From: an uncultured Verrucomicrobiae bacterium
Lineage (GTDB): Bacteria; Verrucomicrobiota; Verrucomicrobiia; Chthoniobacterales; UBA10450
NCBI GenBank assembly: GCA_963756875.1
Contig: CAVWPA010000001.1
Coordinates: forward strand, 320,001-384,000
DNA length: 64,000 nucleotides
Direction of reading: 5' to 3'
The position numbers and the translations under genes are program-made. Below, in pieces: positions 61,001 through 64,000 of the stretch (position 1 is its first letter; the number at the start of each line of letters is the position of its first letter). Below the pieces are notes generated by a model. The model saw only the letters and a program-made list of their open reading frames with translations. It had not been told where the DNA came from and ran no database searches.

Positions 61001-61334
61001 GGTGGTCTCGGTCGCCCCTTTTCCCTTGCAGGTTCACGAGGGAGATAGCGCCACTTTCTATATCTTTCTTAGCAAGGATAGACCCTGTCAGCCCATCACG
61101 GTTCGCTATTCCATGAGTGGCAAAGCCAAGCTGGGGGTGGATTACACACTGAGCACTACTTCCGGCCAATTCACCATCCCAGCTGGTGAGTCCTTCGCCA
61201 CCGTGATCTTGCACGCCTTGGAGGACAATAAAAAGAAAGAGAAGAACGAGAGAGCAACCCTCACCCTTGAGAAAGGATCAGGGTATAAGCTGGCAAATCC
61301 AAAAAAGGCGACGGTCTCCATTATCGACGACTAG
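58092..61334 (+). CDS. Large secreted Gly/Asn/Thr-rich repeat protein (adhesin/beta-helix-like) with PT linker and Calx-beta-like C-terminus
   Basis: Signal peptide; three ~200-aa repeats; IAPGLSPG passenger-end motif; (PT)n; VHEGD...G.DY...TIPAG...VSIIDD. Confidence 0.8.
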   Translation: MKTNMLSRTAVAILALYGFGLASATAQEVTATFTNSFGDGVWERDAHIGVIGNPGDPSTPGNWDTGAYPTNHHYITDPNTGNKVPNNDPLYDALVGMNGCSLGAGVQVLTATVVNGVTLNIVPHGDLGIAGANGITNNGTITVNPTAAPTPAGIQFFADSQITGAGTITLNGINSRAANYPGRPDAFIANDNGNTGGGHTVTHGANHLIHGRGDISTDDNAATWINNGTIDADVTGGLLRMYFSSNANQNNNLLEATNGGTLYIEDGVLNQAVAASIFAADGSYVQLGNVTLANNHFRLNGGILDTAGSGLIEANSLDADGIINNGAVELLPGDHIRVFSGGITNNGTILINTTAASTHTTVQFLNNAQFDGSGSIELNGINSSDALLTNSNGNTGGGQNITNGANHLIHGRGDLDASDNPGVFVNNGTINADVDGDQLRVFFYNGAGSENNGTMEATNGGTLFFETGSVDQSGGGILFAGDNSLVQLGSVSQNRVLSVTGGTFNTAGTGIIDASDLGVDGCTNSGAMEMLPGDFMDVHSNGLTNNGTIVVNTTAASTNTGIRFAVITQIAGTGSIQLNGISSSNAYMYSGNGNSGSGVPVTNGASHTIHGRGDISFDTGGAVLVNNGTFNADVANGDTLRVFLTNDSRNQNNSLMEATNGGTLFFENGRLDQSGGGAIFADAGSTVLLGNSGFANNVYLLTGGNLSTASDGVIEGITTSFAGDITNGGTFEIPSNDRTYIVATTLTDNGTMTVDDNTALLRFDQNNTAIGGNGSIVLNNGGIMRISGGQTVTNGSNHTLKGNGTLDIQGALTNNGIIAPGLSPGQLNFNGALNLASTSNLSFEIAGTGQGTTYDLLNKTDGGTFTLNGNLTVRLINGFIPANGDIFTIVTTQQILAGAFTNVANGARLNTADGGGSFQVTYNVLNDPVASRNVTLSNFQPTATPTPTPTPTPTPTPTPTPTPPPCGPNVVVSVAPFPLQVHEGDSATFYIFLSKDRPCQPITVRYSMSGKAKLGVDYTLSTTSGQFTIPAGESFATVILHALEDNKKKEKNERATLTLEKGSGYKLANPKKATVSIIDD

Positions 61335-61474
61335 CAGCGCCCGGGCTGATTCGCTGAAATCGCAAGGGAGAGCGACGGGGCGAATCGAGCGTCCCGATCG
61401 TATTTTTCCCTTCCATTGCTCTGGCGGACTTGGCACGCTTTGTTGGTTTGATTCACGTAACTCTGTGATTCCAC

Positions 61475-61972
61475 ATGGCGCGACACGCTTTGCTGCGAAA
61501 GAAGCGATGGAAGCAAAAAATACGGCGCTTCATTTTTCTTCTGGCGCTTGCTGGCGCCCTTTCCGGTTGTTCGCGAAGCACTCCATCGAGGCTGGTCGAA
61601 ATCACCGGAAATGACGACATGAAGTTCGATGTCACGAGTTTTCAGGTGAAACCGGGCGAATCAATGACCGTGACGATGACAAATATCGGCCGGTTGCCCA
61701 AGGCGGCGATGGCGCATGATTGGGTGTTGCTCAAAAAGGGAACGGACGCCGCCAAGTTTGCCGAGGCTGGAGAACGGCATCCGGAAAGCGATTACATCGC
61801 ACCGGATCAATCCGACCACGTGCTGGTGAGGACCAGGCTACTGGGTCCGGGAGAATCGGACAGCGTTACTTTTACCGCGGCCAATGAACCCGGTTCGTAC
61901 GAATATATTTGCACGTTCCCTGAGCATTACTCTCGCGGGATGAAAGGCGTCATGACAGTAGTTCCGAAATGA
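61475..61972 (+). CDS. Azurin/auracyanin-like blue copper lipoprotein
   Basis: Lipobox LSGC; AMAHDWV; YICTFPEHYSRGM (Cys/His/Met type-1 Cu ligands). Confidence 0.88.
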   Translation: MARHALLRKKRWKQKIRRFIFLLALAGALSGCSRSTPSRLVEITGNDDMKFDVTSFQVKPGESMTVTMTNIGRLPKAAMAHDWVLLKKGTDAAKFAEAGERHPESDYIAPDQSDHVLVRTRLLGPGESDSVTFTAANEPGSYEYICTFPEHYSRGMKGVMTVVPK

Positions 61973-62103
61973 CAGACCCAGGCAAACCGGAAAACGAGGG
62001 AAGGTTCTTTCCCAGCGGCGCAATTTTTTTCTTTGTGCTTCTGCTTCTGCTCTATGCGGGGATCTGGCTTGTCATTTACTCGCTGATGGTCGCGCGAAGC
62101 TGA
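61969..62103 (+). CDS. ba3-type oxidase subunit IIa-like small membrane protein (44 aa)
   Basis: Below the ORF-track cutoff: MTDPGKPENEGRFFPSGAIFFFVLLLLLYAGIWLVIYSLMVARS; single TM, immediately before subunit II. Confidence 0.75.
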   Translation: MTDPGKPENEGRFFPSGAIFFFVLLLLLYAGIWLVIYSLMVARS

Positions 62104-62106
62104 GGA

Positions 62107-62886
62107 ATGATAACCATTACCCAACTGGAAAAGCGGATCATCCTGGTCTCGCTGGCTTTTGTGCTGGTGCTCCTTGGTCTCGCGGCCCTGGCTATCAATA
62201 TCTTTCACGTCGGCCTGCCGACGTGCCTGACTGACGTCAAGCCTTTCCAAAAAGGCGAGCTGATCATACATTCACCGACCCATTACGAACTGCACTATGT
62301 CGCGCGAATGTGGAAATTCGAGCCCGAGAACGTGACGGTGCCGGCCGGCTCGACAGTCGATATCTATCTAAGCGCGGCGGACGTGACCCACGGCATGATT
62401 CTGCTGGGGACCGATCTGAATCTGATGGCTGTTCCTGGTGTGGTGAATTATGCGCGCGTCAAGTTCGACCAGCCGCACACCTATCAACTGCTTTGTCACG
62501 AATTCTGCGGGACTGGTCATCAATCCATGGCCGCAAATCTGCGCGTGGTAGATATGGAGACGTTTCACAAAATGCGGTTCAAGCCGCAGCCGGCGGCACC
62601 GCCGACCGAGCAGCCGGCTCTTCACCTGCTCGACGAGAAGGGTTGCACGGCCTGTCATTCGCTTGATGGCGAGGCCGGCATCGGTCCCACCTTTAAAGGG
62701 ATGTACGGGCGAACTGAGAAGATGAGCGACGGCTCGGAAGTTAAGGTCGATGACAGTTACATTCGCGAATCAATCGTTAATCCCGATGCGAAGATTGTAG
62801 CCGGATTTGATCCGCTCATGCCCAAGCCCAAGCTCACCGACAAAGAGGTCAAGGAAATGGTCGATTACCTGGAAACGGTTAAATGA
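62107..62886 (+). CDS. cbaB: B-family cytochrome c oxidase subunit II (CuA) fused to cytochrome c
   Basis: Single TM; DVTHG; CHEFCGTGHQSM; CTACH...YIRESI.NP...M. Confidence 0.88.
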   Translation: MITITQLEKRIILVSLAFVLVLLGLAALAINIFHVGLPTCLTDVKPFQKGELIIHSPTHYELHYVARMWKFEPENVTVPAGSTVDIYLSAADVTHGMILLGTDLNLMAVPGVVNYARVKFDQPHTYQLLCHEFCGTGHQSMAANLRVVDMETFHKMRFKPQPAAPPTEQPALHLLDEKGCTACHSLDGEAGIGPTFKGMYGRTEKMSDGSEVKVDDSYIRESIVNPDAKIVAGFDPLMPKPKLTDKEVKEMVDYLETVK

Positions 62887-62892
62887 CAGCCG

Positions 62893-64000
62893 ATGCAACT
62901 GCCTAACGAACACGCGATCGAAATCGAGCCGGGCCTCAGGAAGATGATCCTGATCGAGATTATCTTTCCCATGATCCTTCTGATCCTCGGGATCTATCAC
63001 GGTTTGATGCAGGTGCTTTACCGCAGCGGGGTGCTTCACAGCGCGAAGTTTCTCGGAATTGGATATTACCAGGGGTTGACGCTGCACGGTGTCGTCAATG
63101 CAATCGTTTTTACGACGTTCTTCGCGGTCGCCTTCGGCTACGCGGTGATCCGCTACTATCTGGGACGGCCGCTCAACATGAAGGTCGCATGGCTTTCCTT
63201 CACGCTCATGGTTGTCGGAACGCTGCTTGCGGCCGCGGCCATTCTCTCCGGACAGGCGACTGTTCTATACACTTTCTATCCGCCTCTGCGCGCTCACCCC
63301 GCTTTTTATGTCGGTCTGGTGCTGGTTGTTGTCGGTTCCTGGTTTGCATTCTTCAACTGGTTGCCACCGTACTTCGCATGGAAACGCGAGCACCCGGGCG
63401 AGAAGGTACCGCTCGGTGTCGTCGGCATTTTCGCGACGTTTATTGTCTGGCTGATCGCAACCACGCCGGTCGCAATAGAGATCATCTTCCTGCTGATCCC
63501 ATGGTCGATGGGTTGGGTTGCCACCGTAAACGTCCCGCTTGCGCGGATGCTCTTCTGGTTCTTCGGCCATCCGCTCGTCTATTTCTGGCTGCTGCCGGCC
63601 TATGTCATGTATTACACAATGCTGCCGAAACTTTCCGGTGGAAAATTCTATATCCGATTTTGCGGGGAGACTGACATTTCTATGGCTGGTCCTTTACTCC
63701 GCGCCCGTCGGAATTCATCATCAATTCACCGAGCCGGGGATCAGCAGCACCTGGAAATTTGTGCACGCCTTTTTCACGATGCTGGTGGCGGTCCCAAGTT
63801 TTGCCACGGCTTTTACAATGGCCGCATCGATGGAGCATGGCGCGCGTCTCCGGGGCGGTCGCGGGTTGATCGGATGGTGGACCAAGCTTCCTTATCTCGA
63901 TACCGACCGCTGGCTGTTCTCGTACCTTTTCTCCGGACTCGTCATTTTCATCTTTGGCGGGATCACCGGAATCATTAACGCCTCTTACAACCTGGACGTT
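62893..64000 (+). CDS. cbaA: B-family (ba3-type) heme-copper oxidase subunit I, partial, frameshift near 63650
   Basis: YYQGLTLHG, YTFYPPL, FWFFGHPLVYFWL; after a +1 shift SDFAGRL...PVGIHHQF...AVPS...GGITGIINASY continues to the window end. Confidence 0.9.

Overview
Bacterial chromosomal segment, GC-rich. Gene content and style suggest Verrucomicrobiota (Chthoniobacterales/'Ca. Udaeobacter'-like): a TIGR03790-type protein, an LpxC-FabZ fusion and a TIGR02999-type ECF sigma/Ser-Thr kinase pair. This taxonomy is an inference. Most of the window is housekeeping: gatB, aroC, CBS/CGL transsulfuration, rpsA, lpxC-fabZ/lpxA, aroF, trpEG, tRNA-Gly(GCC) and nusA-infB-rbfA-nrnA-truB-ribF. It also has a glycan cluster (GH26, discoidin-GH, GH18-CE4-GT2), a MarR-RND pump, an ECF-STK-adhesin module and the start of a ba3-type oxidase operon with a blue copper protein. 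Four accessory signals stand out. (1) A 2.35-kb IS1-like non-autonomous transposon (perfect 19-bp TIRs, 8-bp TSD) carries a Schlafen/AlbA-HATPase cargo gene. (2) A small GIY-YIG nuclease gene lies between two 121-bp structured direct repeats abutting tRNA-Gly. (3) Several families of miniature palindromic repeats are present; some are inserted in frame in proteins (glycerate kinase, GH57, ADH) and some supply stop codons. (4) A GC-richer glycosyltransferase is flanked by a duplicated arnT-3'/marR-5' segment. Two clear frameshifts (RND permease, oxidase subunit I) may be assembly errors. All product calls come from motif recognition by eye; no database searches were run.
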